Part shown: one piece after another, positions 8,251 to 16,457 of the stretch
Numbering within the stretch: position 1 is the stretch's first letter
Layout of the letters: each line of letters starts with the position of its first letter
Origin: a virus
Taxonomy: Duplodnaviria; Caudoviricetes
Direction: 5' to 3' (one strand)
DNA: 55,054 nucleotides
Virus record (IMG/VR): IMGVR_UViG_3300044846_002992
Span: 1 to 55,054 of that record
Position numbers and translations under genes: made by a program
The notes under the pieces: generated by a model
Databases searched by the model: none
What the model was told of the DNA's origin: nothing
What the model saw: the letters and a program-made list of their open reading frames with translations, nothing else

Positions 8251-8932
8251 TCCAATCCGAATCACCACCATGCACCCCGAGTTCACATCCTTTCCTAAGC
8301 TGGCCCGCCTAAACCGCGAAATCTGGATCACTGAAAAAATCGACGGCACCAACGCTCAGGTTCGTATCATCAAACCCGAGGTCGCCGTCTCTGAATTTTC
8401 TGGATGGGTTGCCCACGTTGACGATCATCTCATCTGGGCTGGAAGCCGCAACCGCTGGGTGACGCCGGAACAAGACAATCACGGCTGGGCTCGCTGGGTA
8501 AAAGAAAACGCAGAAGAGCTGGTCAAGCTTGGCTACGGCTCCCATTTTGGGGAGTGGTGGGGAAGCGGAATTAATCGCGGCTACGGCCTGACCAAGGGCG
8601 AAAAGCACTTCAGCCTTTTCAACACTCTGCGCTGGAGCCCTCCGGGACAGCCCACAATTCAGTCAGGAGAGCGCTGGGACGACAAGTCCAAGGTGATGAC
8701 GCCGATCTTCACGCAAGAGGCTCCGGCCTGCTGTGGAGTGGTTCCTGTGCTCTATCGCGGGCTGTTTGAAACCGAATGCGTCAACATGGCGCTGAGCGAG
8801 CTCAAAGCGGTAGGCAGCATTGCATCTCCGGGATACATGAACCCAGAAGGAGTTGTTGTCTTTCACACAGCCGCCAACTCGGCGTTCAAAGTGACCATCA
8901 AGGACGACGAGAAACCCAAAGGCGCGGCCTGA
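8243..8932 (+). CDS. RNA ligase (Rnl2-like adenylation domain)
   Basis: Nucleotidyltransferase motifs I TEKIDGTNA, III FGEWWG, IIIa FSLFN, IV EGVVV and V FKV. Confidence 0.88.
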   Translation: MANPIRITTMHPEFTSFPKLARLNREIWITEKIDGTNAQVRIIKPEVAVSEFSGWVAHVDDHLIWAGSRNRWVTPEQDNHGWARWVKENAEELVKLGYGSHFGEWWGSGINRGYGLTKGEKHFSLFNTLRWSPPGQPTIQSGERWDDKSKVMTPIFTQEAPACCGVVPVLYRGLFETECVNMALSELKAVGSIASPGYMNPEGVVVFHTAANSAFKVTIKDDEKPKGAA

Positions 8933-8935
8933 GCA

Positions 8936-9481
8936 TCACCCTTCCCTCGTCCAGCAGCCCGACCAAAACGGAAACGCGTCCGCGCTCCCAAGCTGATCGC
9001 GAGGAACCCACACTTTGAGCGGCAAATAGCACCCGCAAGCTCCGCAAGCCTCGGGCGCGTCCACCTTCTCGGGTGGATGAATGGTGAGCTTCAAAGCGTC
9101 CTTGCACGTCGGGCACCCCGCCACCGAAGAGCGAAGCGGGCACCCTCTGCAAATGGAAGCTCTGCGATGCGCCTCCTGCGGAGCCACCAAAGAGCTGTCC
9201 ACTACGCGCTTCGCCATGAAGCGGAGGAAATTAAGAGCCGATCCCACCGACACCAAGCGTCGCTTCGCGCCGCCGGGAGCACGCTTGACGTGCTTGGGGT
9301 AGGCAGCAGCCAGCGCAGTCCAAACGAGCGATTCCCAGTTGATTGGGAGCCTTAGGTCGTTCTGGTCGTAATGACGCCTAAATTGATTGAAAAGCTGACC
9401 TGTGGTTTTGCCCGATAGGCGAACGCCCTCGACGGTGACGCTGAATTTACTTGGCACAGGCCCGTTTGTGGTCCATTTCAT
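8936..9481 (-). CDS. Cys-rich (probable Zn-binding) hypothetical protein
   Basis: RASICRGCP..CPTC..CGACGCYL..K..CW; fits exactly between the ligase stop and the tRNA. Confidence 0.75.
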   Translation of the reverse strand: MKWTTNGPVPSKFSVTVEGVRLSGKTTGQLFNQFRRHYDQNDLRLPINWESLVWTALAAAYPKHVKRAPGGAKRRLVSVGSALNFLRFMAKRVVDSSLVAPQEAHRRASICRGCPLRSSVAGCPTCKDALKLTIHPPEKVDAPEACGACGCYLPLKVWVPRDQLGSADAFPFWSGCWTREG

Positions 9482-9520
9482 GCGCGTCAGCCTACCTCCT
9501 GGTTTTGTTGACGCAAGAAC

Positions 9521-9596
9521 AACCGGGCATGACCCAAGGCTGGCGAGCTGGTTTCCAACTCCGGCTGGGTGAGTTCGATTCTCACTCCGGTTGCCA
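9521..9596 (+). tRNA. tRNA-Trp(CCA), slightly atypical
   Basis: Acceptor aaccggg/tccggtt, discriminator G and CCA; anticodon loop tt-cca-ac (U31-U39 mismatch); T arm gtgag-ttcgatt-ctcac; weak D arm. Confidence 0.75.
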
Positions 9597-9604
9597 TTTT
9601 CAAA

Positions 9605-9632
9605 AGCAGGATAGCTCAGAAGGTAGAGCGTT
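9605..9632 (+). pseudogene. 5' half of an interrupted tRNA-Met(CAT)
   Basis: agcagga-ta-gctc-agaaggta-gagc-g-tt: the acceptor strand is complementary to tcctgct at 10183-10189, and the D arm is intact. Confidence 0.8.
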
Positions 9633-9637
9633 TTTTC

Positions 9638-9666
9638 TTGATGCTGACTAGGCTACCCCACATCCT
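9638..9666 (+). promoter_or_regulatory. putative sigma70-type promoter of the HNH insert (near-leaderless mRNA)
   Basis: TTGATG-17 nt-CATCCT, followed by ATG 5 nt later. Confidence 0.4.
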
Positions 9667-9671
9667 CCCGC

Positions 9672-10148
9672 ATGCCCATCTGTAAAAAGTGCGAATCCAG
9701 ATTTCCCTGCAAAATCACAATCGAAGGCAAAAGGCGAAATCTCGCCAAACGTCGCTATTGCCTCATTTGCTCTCCTTTTGGAGCGCACAATACCATCCAG
9801 CTACATATAACGCAGCCGCCGAAGCTTGAAAGGAAATGTGATTCCTGCCAACGGGACTACATCTACGAAAAAAGCAAAGGCCATAAAGCAACCCGATGTA
9901 ATTCATGCACCCAGTCCGAAAGAAGAAAGGCGCGAAAACGACGCCTCGTTGATCTTAAAGGAGGCCAATGCGAAAAATGCGGTTACTCAAAATCATTAGC
10001 TGGTCTTCATTTTCATCATAAAGATCCAACCATCAAAGAATTTGAAATCAAACACGTCTTTGGAATGAAGATGGATACCCTGCTTCGGGAGATTGAAAAA
10101 TGTTCTCTCCTGTGCGCAAATTGCCACGCGGAAGAACACGAACGATAG
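9672..10148 (+). CDS. HNH homing endonuclease with N-terminal Zn-finger motifs
   Basis: CEKCGY..LHFHHKDP..KEF..EIEKCSLLCANCHAEEH, with additional CxxC pairs; more AT-rich than its neighbours. Confidence 0.9.
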   Translation: MPICKKCESRFPCKITIEGKRRNLAKRRYCLICSPFGAHNTIQLHITQPPKLERKCDSCQRDYIYEKSKGHKATRCNSCTQSERRKARKRRLVDLKGGQCEKCGYSKSLAGLHFHHKDPTIKEFEIKHVFGMKMDTLLREIEKCSLLCANCHAEEHER

Positions 10149-10193
10149 CCCATACCCCAATTGTCGTAGGTTCGAGTCCTACTCCTGCTACCA
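10149..10193 (+). pseudogene. 3' half of an interrupted tRNA-Met(CAT)
   Basis: Loop cc-CAT-ac, stem strand cccaa, variable loop ttgtc, T arm gtagg-ttcgagt-cctac, acceptor tcctgct-A-CCA. Confidence 0.8.
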
Positions 10194-10214
10194 CTTTTGC
10201 GAGTAAGCGACGTT

Positions 10215-11231
10215 GGCCCGTGTCGCGCAATGTCCTCGCGAACGATGCGAATTCCAAATTCGTTTCGTGTGAACGGGCCGCCACCCTCCAGTCCTTCAAG
10301 GCGTAGCCCACCCCCTCGGTGAGGGGTCTCGCGGTGCAAACCCGCGTGGAGGATTGGAGTGTGGTGGAGGCGTCATAGCTTAGTGCAGAGCGTCGGGCAA
10401 ATAACCCGCATGAACGGAACGTAGCAAACTCCTGGCGCGAACGAAAACCACACAGACACCCCGGAAAGACGGGGCGAGACACATCCAGCGCCCTAAGAAA
10501 CAGGCTCGACCTGCCCAAAGGCTGGATTGCGGGCGGAGCGTCATGCCGTTACCGGACACCGTAACCGGACTATTTCCGGGAAATACTAGTCCAATCCCGA
10601 AAACTGGACCACAGCAGTATCTGTGGAGGCTAGTCCAGAATAGCCATACCTGCTGGGCTTGGCGGAGTCACCCGCCTATATCGTCCGGGATGAATCATCC
10701 GAGACCGCAGTGGCCAAACCTGCGAAACTAAAGGGCATCAATTTCCAATCCAATGAGAGAGCGGCGCGGAAGCCAAAGCACAGCAGGAGACGTATTCCAC
10801 CTGTCGCTTGAGACGCGCCTACAGTCGGTGATGCAACGCGCTTTAATCCGATGTCAGCCTGTGCAAGCGCGACTAGCAGGAGCCGTAGTAGCGCACGGCC
10901 TCTCTCACCCTTTCCAATGACACCTCAGCCTGCCGAGACCGTCCAGCCGGGGCGCGGAGCGCGCGCGTTAGGCGCATAATGCTCCCTCGCAAATGTCCGG
11001 AATCAGGGGCGTAGCGGGTTGGGGTGCCACCTTTCACACAATGACGCGTCATCGCAAAGGAGCGGGGCCCAGATTGACGACCAGCTCCATGAAGTTTGGC
11101 GTTAATTCCTTGAAACGGACAAACGCTGGGATGCACGAAACCCCAAGTGGGGCAGCGGTGGGGCCAAACAGCCCCCTTGAATAATTATGGGAAATAGCCG
11201 CCGGAGCCAGTAGCCGCTGGCGCGCGTCACC
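10215..11231 (+). ncRNA. about 1 kb array of structured, partly tRNA-like RNA units
   Basis: No credible ORF. Successive units are closed by terminal helices at 10215-10283, 10281-10367, 10370-10438, 10543-10738, 10754-10909, 10918-11031 and 11042-11231. Confidence 0.7.
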
Positions 11232-11260
11232 TTTTTGTCAACAAAACCAAATCAACCCCT

Positions 11261-11716
11261 ATGAAAACAGACACCTCAATTGCAGCGCCTCAAAGAGCCT
11301 CTGCCCAAATCACGCCAAAACCAACAAAGGCCCAAATCATCAATGCCATTATTCAAGAGACCATCGCTGCCCGCATGGTTGAGAATGCCAAAAGGGAGCA
11401 AAAGCGATTGGTTATTCAGGCAAAGATGGATAAGGAAATCCAAAAATTAAAAAAGCGCTCCATCAAAATCGGAGACCTGGTGATCAACAACAGCTCTGGC
11501 CCAGACATTGCCGTTCCTTATCAAAAAATTAACGGAACGCCAGAAATGGCAAGGCTCGCCTCGGAAATCAAAAAACTTGCACCCCTTACAACCTGTCCAT
11601 TCAACGTAAAAGAGGAGGTTGTTCAGCGAATGGAAAATGAAATGATTGCCTTCATTCTGAGTCAGCCAGGAATGAAAAACGCCATCCAATCGACCATTCA
11701 AAAGCTTGGCTTGTAA
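11261..11716 (+). CDS. hypothetical protein
   Basis: Clean ORF after a palindrome copy; TAATG overlap with the next gene. Confidence 0.75.
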   Translation: MKTDTSIAAPQRASAQITPKPTKAQIINAIIQETIAARMVENAKREQKRLVIQAKMDKEIQKLKKRSIKIGDLVINNSSGPDIAVPYQKINGTPEMARLASEIKKLAPLTTCPFNVKEEVVQRMENEMIAFILSQPGMKNAIQSTIQKLGL

Positions 11717-12102
11717 TGGACGAACTTGAGCAGATCAGAGCTGACATGCTTGCCCGAAAGCTCAAGCAAAACGAGCGCAGGGCCAAAGCGGGCAAAAAGC
11801 CAATGCATCCCGAGCTTGTCCGCAAAACAGCCAAAAAGACCCCCTCACGAGCCAGCAAGCCGCCTCCAGCGCCATCAGGGGAAGAAGCTGATACCAACCT
11901 CTCATTTGATGAATGGAAAGCCTGTGGTTGGTCCGTGAAGAGAGGAGAAAAGTGCTCAGGGTTTGACGCGGAAGGCATCCCGCAATTTAATAGAAGCCAG
12001 GTTAGAAAAACCAACTCATGGAAAACAAGCCATCAAACGCCATTATCAATCACGCACTCGTTCACGAAAAAGCGCTCAAGCGGGCCGTCTCGGAAAAGCT
12101 GA
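11716..12102 (+). CDS. hypothetical protein with an ArdC-N-like motif
   Basis: LSFDEWKACGWSVKRGEK resembles the 'F..W...G..V.KGEK' ssDNA-binding motif; overlaps the next ORF by 85 nt. Confidence 0.55.
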   Translation: MDELEQIRADMLARKLKQNERRAKAGKKPMHPELVRKTAKKTPSRASKPPPAPSGEEADTNLSFDEWKACGWSVKRGEKCSGFDAEGIPQFNRSQVRKTNSWKTSHQTPLSITHSFTKKRSSGPSRKS

Positions 12103-12746
12103 CTTGGGAGCAAATCAGCATTCACTGCGGCATTGCGCCACATACAGCCAAATCCTACTGCAAAGTGCTTGGGATTGACGTCTCAAATTTGAGAGGCAAA
12201 CGCGTCAAGCTCGCCAGATCAAAGCACGCAGACACCATCATCAAGCTTCGCGAAGAAGGACAAACCCTTGAGGAAATTGGGGGCAAAATCGGAATTACGA
12301 GAGAGCGAGTAAGACAAATTCTGGCAAGGTGGTCTCCAAACACCATTATCAGAGTGAAACACGCAGCCATCAAAACCTGTCCCGTGTGCTCAAGCGAGTT
12401 TTCGGGACAAGGGAGAACATGCTCTCAAAAGTGCGGAGGCATCAAAAGAGCCAAGCATTCATACACTCGCGATTTGGCTGTTCAAATCATGAAGCTGCGC
12501 GAAAGGGGCCTGACCTGGGAGCAGGTAAGCAGCCAACTAATTCCTGGAGTTCATCACCCAGGATGGTTTGTCGGGCTTCACAGGGTTAAAGCCCAAGTTT
12601 TCTCAAGCGAAGAAATTGCCATCCATTTCTCAAAACACGGAGAGCCACGCGCTAAGCAGCAAGAAATCAAACTTTCCACCACTACCCAAAAACCCTCCAA
12701 ATCAATCATCACCAAGCTGAAAGAAGCCATTTATGGAAAATCCTGA
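12018..12746 (+). CDS. multi-HTH (sigma70 region 4-like) regulator with a Zn ribbon
   Basis: LREEGQTLEEIGGKIGITRERVRQIL; CPVC..CSQKC; two further LTWEQ HTH-like segments. Confidence 0.75.
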   Translation: MENKPSNAIINHALVHEKALKRAVSEKLTWEQISIHCGIAPHTAKSYCKVLGIDVSNLRGKRVKLARSKHADTIIKLREEGQTLEEIGGKIGITRERVRQILARWSPNTIIRVKHAAIKTCPVCSSEFSGQGRTCSQKCGGIKRAKHSYTRDLAVQIMKLRERGLTWEQVSSQLIPGVHHPGWFVGLHRVKAQVFSSEEIAIHFSKHGEPRAKQQEIKLSTTTQKPSKSIITKLKEAIYGKS

Positions 12747-13092
12747 AGAAGACCCCATCATCAAAATGATCCGCTCCATTGCTCAAGAGCGGCGCGGCCA
12801 ATTTGCAGCCTTGAGTGAAGCGGAGGCTGAAATGAAAAAAGACTCCGACAAGGTGGAGCGTGAAATTCTGATGGAGCTGTGGGCAAAAGCCGGGGACGCG
12901 CCACACACCTACTACATCGCCATCAAAACCATCCATCAATTTGTCGAGGCCCTCAATGGGATGCGATCAATCGAAGGTGTTCCAATCGACATGCACATCC
13001 TCATCTGCGAAACGCTCGCAAAATGCGCAGAAGTGGATGCTAGGGCCTTGAGGGCGGTTCAGGCCGCCAAAGAAAAACACAACGTGGAATGA
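12733..13092 (+). CDS. hypothetical protein
   Basis: Overlapping operon-style ORF. Confidence 0.7.
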   Translation: MENPEEDPIIKMIRSIAQERRGQFAALSEAEAEMKKDSDKVEREILMELWAKAGDAPHTYYIAIKTIHQFVEALNGMRSIEGVPIDMHILICETLAKCAEVDARALRAVQAAKEKHNVE

Positions 13093-13346
13093 AGACCCCA
13101 TCATACCAACAGCTCACCAATTGGTGCGACTTGCATGGCATCACTCTTACGCGAGAAGCGGGTGGCGTCAGGGCTGTTGCCTATGACCGCAACCAGCAAA
13201 TCATTACGTCCATTTTCTCATCGGCAAACTCGGCAGTGAAGGGGAAAGTCAATGAAGCCGCGTGCGCCATTCACGCATGCGATGCCATTGCTGAATCGCT
13301 GCTCATTGTAAAGCCCTCTATAGCCTTCCAGCTCAACTCAAAATGA
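13089..13346 (+). CDS. hypothetical protein
   Basis: ATGA overlaps on both sides. Confidence 0.7.
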   Translation: MKTPSYQQLTNWCDLHGITLTREAGGVRAVAYDRNQQIITSIFSSANSAVKGKVNEAACAIHACDAIAESLLIVKPSIAFQLNSK

Positions 13347-14242
13347 AACAAGCCTCCCTCACTCCGCGACAGTATCACCAACTGCAATTTGATCTAAACA
13401 AGCTGCCCGACCTAACGAAGACAGGTCCAATCTCAGCCTCCATCCTGAGCGCTGCGCGAGACCCTCTCCGAATGGTGCTGTGCCAAAAAGCGCAAACCAA
13501 CGAAATGCAGTGGGGCAATCTCGTTGATACCCTCTGGCTGACCCCCGCTCTGTTTGCCTCTGAATACGCCCTACTGCCCGAAGACGCGCCTCGCGATGTT
13601 CGTGGAGACAAACGCATCATGAACGCCAAGAAGCCGTCTCAGGACTCCCTGGACGCCATTGCGTGGTGGAATGGCTGGGATGCAAAAACGAGAGGTCAAA
13701 CCCCCATCAAGCAGGCAGAGCTGGATGAGGCCAAAATGGCCGTCAGCATGCTCAACCAAAATGACTTGGCCCGCTCCATCCTGGAGGCATCAAGCAAGCA
13801 GGTGGCCCTTGTGGGAGATTCGCCCTATGTCCCTGGAGCCAAAGCAAAATGCCTCATCGACCTCCTGCCAACCAGCGGGCCTTTTGTTGACGCAATTCCA
13901 GACCTCAAGACCACCGGGCAAATGGGAGAAAAGCAACTGGCCTCCACCGCGTTCACCTTCGACTACATCTTCAAGCTGGCCTACTACGGAGTGCTGGCAG
14001 AAATCGCCGGATTCGGCCCCAGGACGCGAGGTGTGCTGGTTTGGCAAAACTCCTCTTTCCCCTTTGAGGTGAAGGTGAGAGAGATCCCCAAGTCGCAAAT
14101 GGACATAGCTCGGCAGCTTCTGATGAGTCGCCATCGCAAACTCCAATCAATCAACCCCGCTGACATCAGATCCCACTTCGACACCACCCTCCGAGAAATG
14201 CCATTGCCCGACTGGGCGATGAATGCTTACGCTTCGGAATGA
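13343..14242 (+). CDS. PD-(D/E)XK exonuclease (RecE/ExoVIII, DUF3799-like)
   Basis: ISASIL, MQWGNLVD, KCLIDLL, DLKTT and Y..KLAYY. Confidence 0.8.
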   Translation: MKQASLTPRQYHQLQFDLNKLPDLTKTGPISASILSAARDPLRMVLCQKAQTNEMQWGNLVDTLWLTPALFASEYALLPEDAPRDVRGDKRIMNAKKPSQDSLDAIAWWNGWDAKTRGQTPIKQAELDEAKMAVSMLNQNDLARSILEASSKQVALVGDSPYVPGAKAKCLIDLLPTSGPFVDAIPDLKTTGQMGEKQLASTAFTFDYIFKLAYYGVLAEIAGFGPRTRGVLVWQNSSFPFEVKVREIPKSQMDIARQLLMSRHRKLQSINPADIRSHFDTTLREMPLPDWAMNAYASE

Positions 14243-14682
14243 AAAAGCGCAAAGCCGCGAAGAAACGCCCAAAACCCAGAGCGGGCCTAGAGCGCCCCTG
14301 GAACAACGGAGCGTGGACAGACGCGAGAATGCGGGCGTTTGCCATGAGCGCTCTCAGACGAGCCGCGTGGCCCCCGAAACACCAAGTCATTCAACGCGCC
14401 TTCGTCAAAAAAGGAACCAATACCAAGACTGGAAAGCCCTGCATGCTTCATCGCTGCGAGGAGTGCCAAGGGTTATTCCCGAAGGGGTCAATGAAAGCCG
14501 ATCACACGGAGCCGGTCATTCCACTGTCCCACAACTGGGCCGAAGGGGACAACTTCCTCGGCTACAACTTCAACGAAGTGATGCGCCGTTTGTGGATTGA
14601 AGCCGACGCTGGATGGGGCGTCCTCTGTGAAGGCTGTCACAACAAGAAGAGTTTGGAAGAAAAAGCTGCACGCAAATCATGA
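14239..14682 (+). CDS. HNH-family endonuclease
   Basis: CEECQG..KADHTEPV..LCEGCHNKKS. Confidence 0.8.
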   Translation: MKKRKAAKKRPKPRAGLERPWNNGAWTDARMRAFAMSALRRAAWPPKHQVIQRAFVKKGTNTKTGKPCMLHRCEECQGLFPKGSMKADHTEPVIPLSHNWAEGDNFLGYNFNEVMRRLWIEADAGWGVLCEGCHNKKSLEEKAARKS

Positions 14683-15026
14683 ATTTGGAACCCTTCTGCT
14701 CGCGCATCAAACTCGTTGGCTTAGAGCCTCAAATCAAATGGGCCACATCCATCCGTAAGAAAAAGGTGGAAGCGTGGAAAGCGATGACCTTTCGCCATCT
14801 AGTCATGGCAACAAAGCCTCATTTGACTGATGCCAACTTCAAAGCCATGGGATGCGTGACGGATAAGCACATTATCGCGTTCCTGTGGGCTGTTGCAAAG
14901 CATTCAATGTCATGCCCAAAAGCCCAATGGTGGATGCAGCACAGGGATGATCACATCGCCTCATGGCTCCCCCATTCCATCAAAGAGTGCGTAGCCCATT
15001 TCTCAAAAACCAAGCCATTCAAATGA
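14679..15026 (+). CDS. hypothetical protein
   Basis: LVG...QIKWATSIR..AQWWM; ATGA overlaps. Confidence 0.7.
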   Translation: MNLEPFCSRIKLVGLEPQIKWATSIRKKKVEAWKAMTFRHLVMATKPHLTDANFKAMGCVTDKHIIAFLWAVAKHSMSCPKAQWWMQHRDDHIASWLPHSIKECVAHFSKTKPFK

Positions 15027-15232
15027 GCCAAGGAATAACCCTTTATGGATCGGACGATGTCAGTCGTGCAGGACACAACATGCAGGCTGCCGCAAACGAT
15101 ATGCTTCGCGCGTCGAGAACCATAGAAGAATGCACCAGACGTTTGGAATTTCTTTTTGGCCAAGGATACGGATCTAACCTAGACCGCCTGATCGAAGCGC
15201 TGGAAAAAAATGCCCCACCTATTGAAAAATGA
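15023..15232 (+). CDS. hypothetical protein
   Basis: ATG at 15023 overlaps the upstream TGA; MSQGITLYGS... Confidence 0.65.
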   Translation: MSQGITLYGSDDVSRAGHNMQAAANDMLRASRTIEECTRRLEFLFGQGYGSNLDRLIEALEKNAPPIEK

Positions 15233-15504
15233 CAATCAACACCTCAGACATGGAAAGCGCGTGCCGCGCCTGGGAGCGCGATGTTGCCTTATGGCAGGTA
15301 TCCAGAGACGAAGGCGAAGAAATCCCGTGTCCACAAAAACCCGAGGGTTACGACCTGTTCGTTCAAGGTGAAGACCCCATGAACTTTTTGTCAACAAAAG
15401 GTCCACGCTGCCAAGGAGGCGGCCTAGTTCCAGCAAGCTGGACATCAACAACACTTCCGGTAAGGCTACCGGAACAACATTTGCACCAACCCGACCTATT
15501 ATGA
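15229..15504 (+). CDS. hypothetical protein
   Basis: ATGA overlaps on both sides. Confidence 0.6.
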   Translation: MTINTSDMESACRAWERDVALWQVSRDEGEEIPCPQKPEGYDLFVQGEDPMNFLSTKGPRCQGGGLVPASWTSTTLPVRLPEQHLHQPDLL

Positions 15505-16457
15505 CACAACCAGCCGAATCCGTCCTCGTCATCCCTCGCTCAGCATTCATCGAGCATGAATCATTTGAGGGCTTCCGCTCTCTTGAGGGCAGAACCGACT
15601 TGGGTGATTATCTACAGGGAGCGCCAACCAAAGTGGCTCAGTTTCTCAATCGCGACGAAGCCGAAACCAACCCGTTCTTCCTTCAAATCATCCCCTACAT
15701 CATCCTTCTCTCTGAAGACAACGTCTTCCTCTACAGGCGTGGCTCCATTGGCTCGGAAAGCCGCCTTCACGGGCAGTATTCCATTGGCTTGGGTGGTCAC
15801 GTCAATTCGGAGGATGACCCGTCAGGAGAGCCATTCTACGCCTTCCTCAATGGCGCAGCCCGAGAGCTGAAGGAGGAGGTGGGTCTCACTGTCGATTTGG
15901 AAACCCTACGCGGGTCCGCAATCGGCCTCGTGAACGACGAGCTAACTGATGTGAGCAAGGTTCATCTGGGTGTGGTTCTCATCATCAAAGTGAGCGCTGC
16001 CGCAGCCAAAGAAATTCTGACCAAGTGCGAGAACACTCTCTTGGAACCCCAATGGATTCCGCTCTACGAGCTGGAAAATCCCCAGCTTGCCACCCAGTTT
16101 GAAAGCTGGTCCTCCTACGCTGCATCCCACCTCATCGCACAAGCCTGTCAGGAGCCCAAGTGGGACGACAAGGCCTTCCGTGAGCGTGTCGCCATGCTGT
16201 CCATTTCGGCAGCCAACCTATCGTCCTCAGCTACCAGCTTCCTGCTTCAGGAGTCGCCTCGCGGTCACATGATCAGCAAAGCCATGGTTGAGGCTGGCGC
16301 TGGCGAAGTTCAGTGCATGCTCGCTGGCCTCATCGGAAACGCCGACATTGAAGGGCATGAGGTGAAGAAAGCCGCAAAGGAGTTTCACGCGACGCTTGGC
16401 GACATTGTAAAGCACCAGAAAGTCACCATGAAAGACCTCACCGTCACGCCTCAATGA
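15501..16457 (+). CDS. NUDIX-family phosphoesterase with a C-terminal extension
   Basis: QIIPY, ESRLHGQYSIGLGGHVN, RELKEEVG and VHLG match the COG4112-type NUDIX pattern. Confidence 0.85.
   Translation: MTQPAESVLVIPRSAFIEHESFEGFRSLEGRTDLGDYLQGAPTKVAQFLNRDEAETNPFFLQIIPYIILLSEDNVFLYRRGSIGSESRLHGQYSIGLGGHVNSEDDPSGEPFYAFLNGAARELKEEVGLTVDLETLRGSAIGLVNDELTDVSKVHLGVVLIIKVSAAAAKEILTKCENTLLEPQWIPLYELENPQLATQFESWSSYAASHLIAQACQEPKWDDKAFRERVAMLSISAANLSSSATSFLLQESPRGHMISKAMVEAGAGEVQCMLAGLIGNADIEGHEVKKAAKEFHATLGDIVKHQKVTMKDLTVTPQ

Noticed and set aside
9633-10148. Group I intron in tRNA-Met
   Set aside because: Only about 40 nt of non-coding sequence, no ribozyme core, and the junction would not restore the anticodon stem.
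10016-11184. Short ORFs across the structured RNA region
   Set aside because: No motifs or coupling; the region is better explained by base pairing.
15345-15365. CGACCTGTT resembling an attC 3' end
   Set aside because: No matching inverse core or inverted repeat was found upstream.
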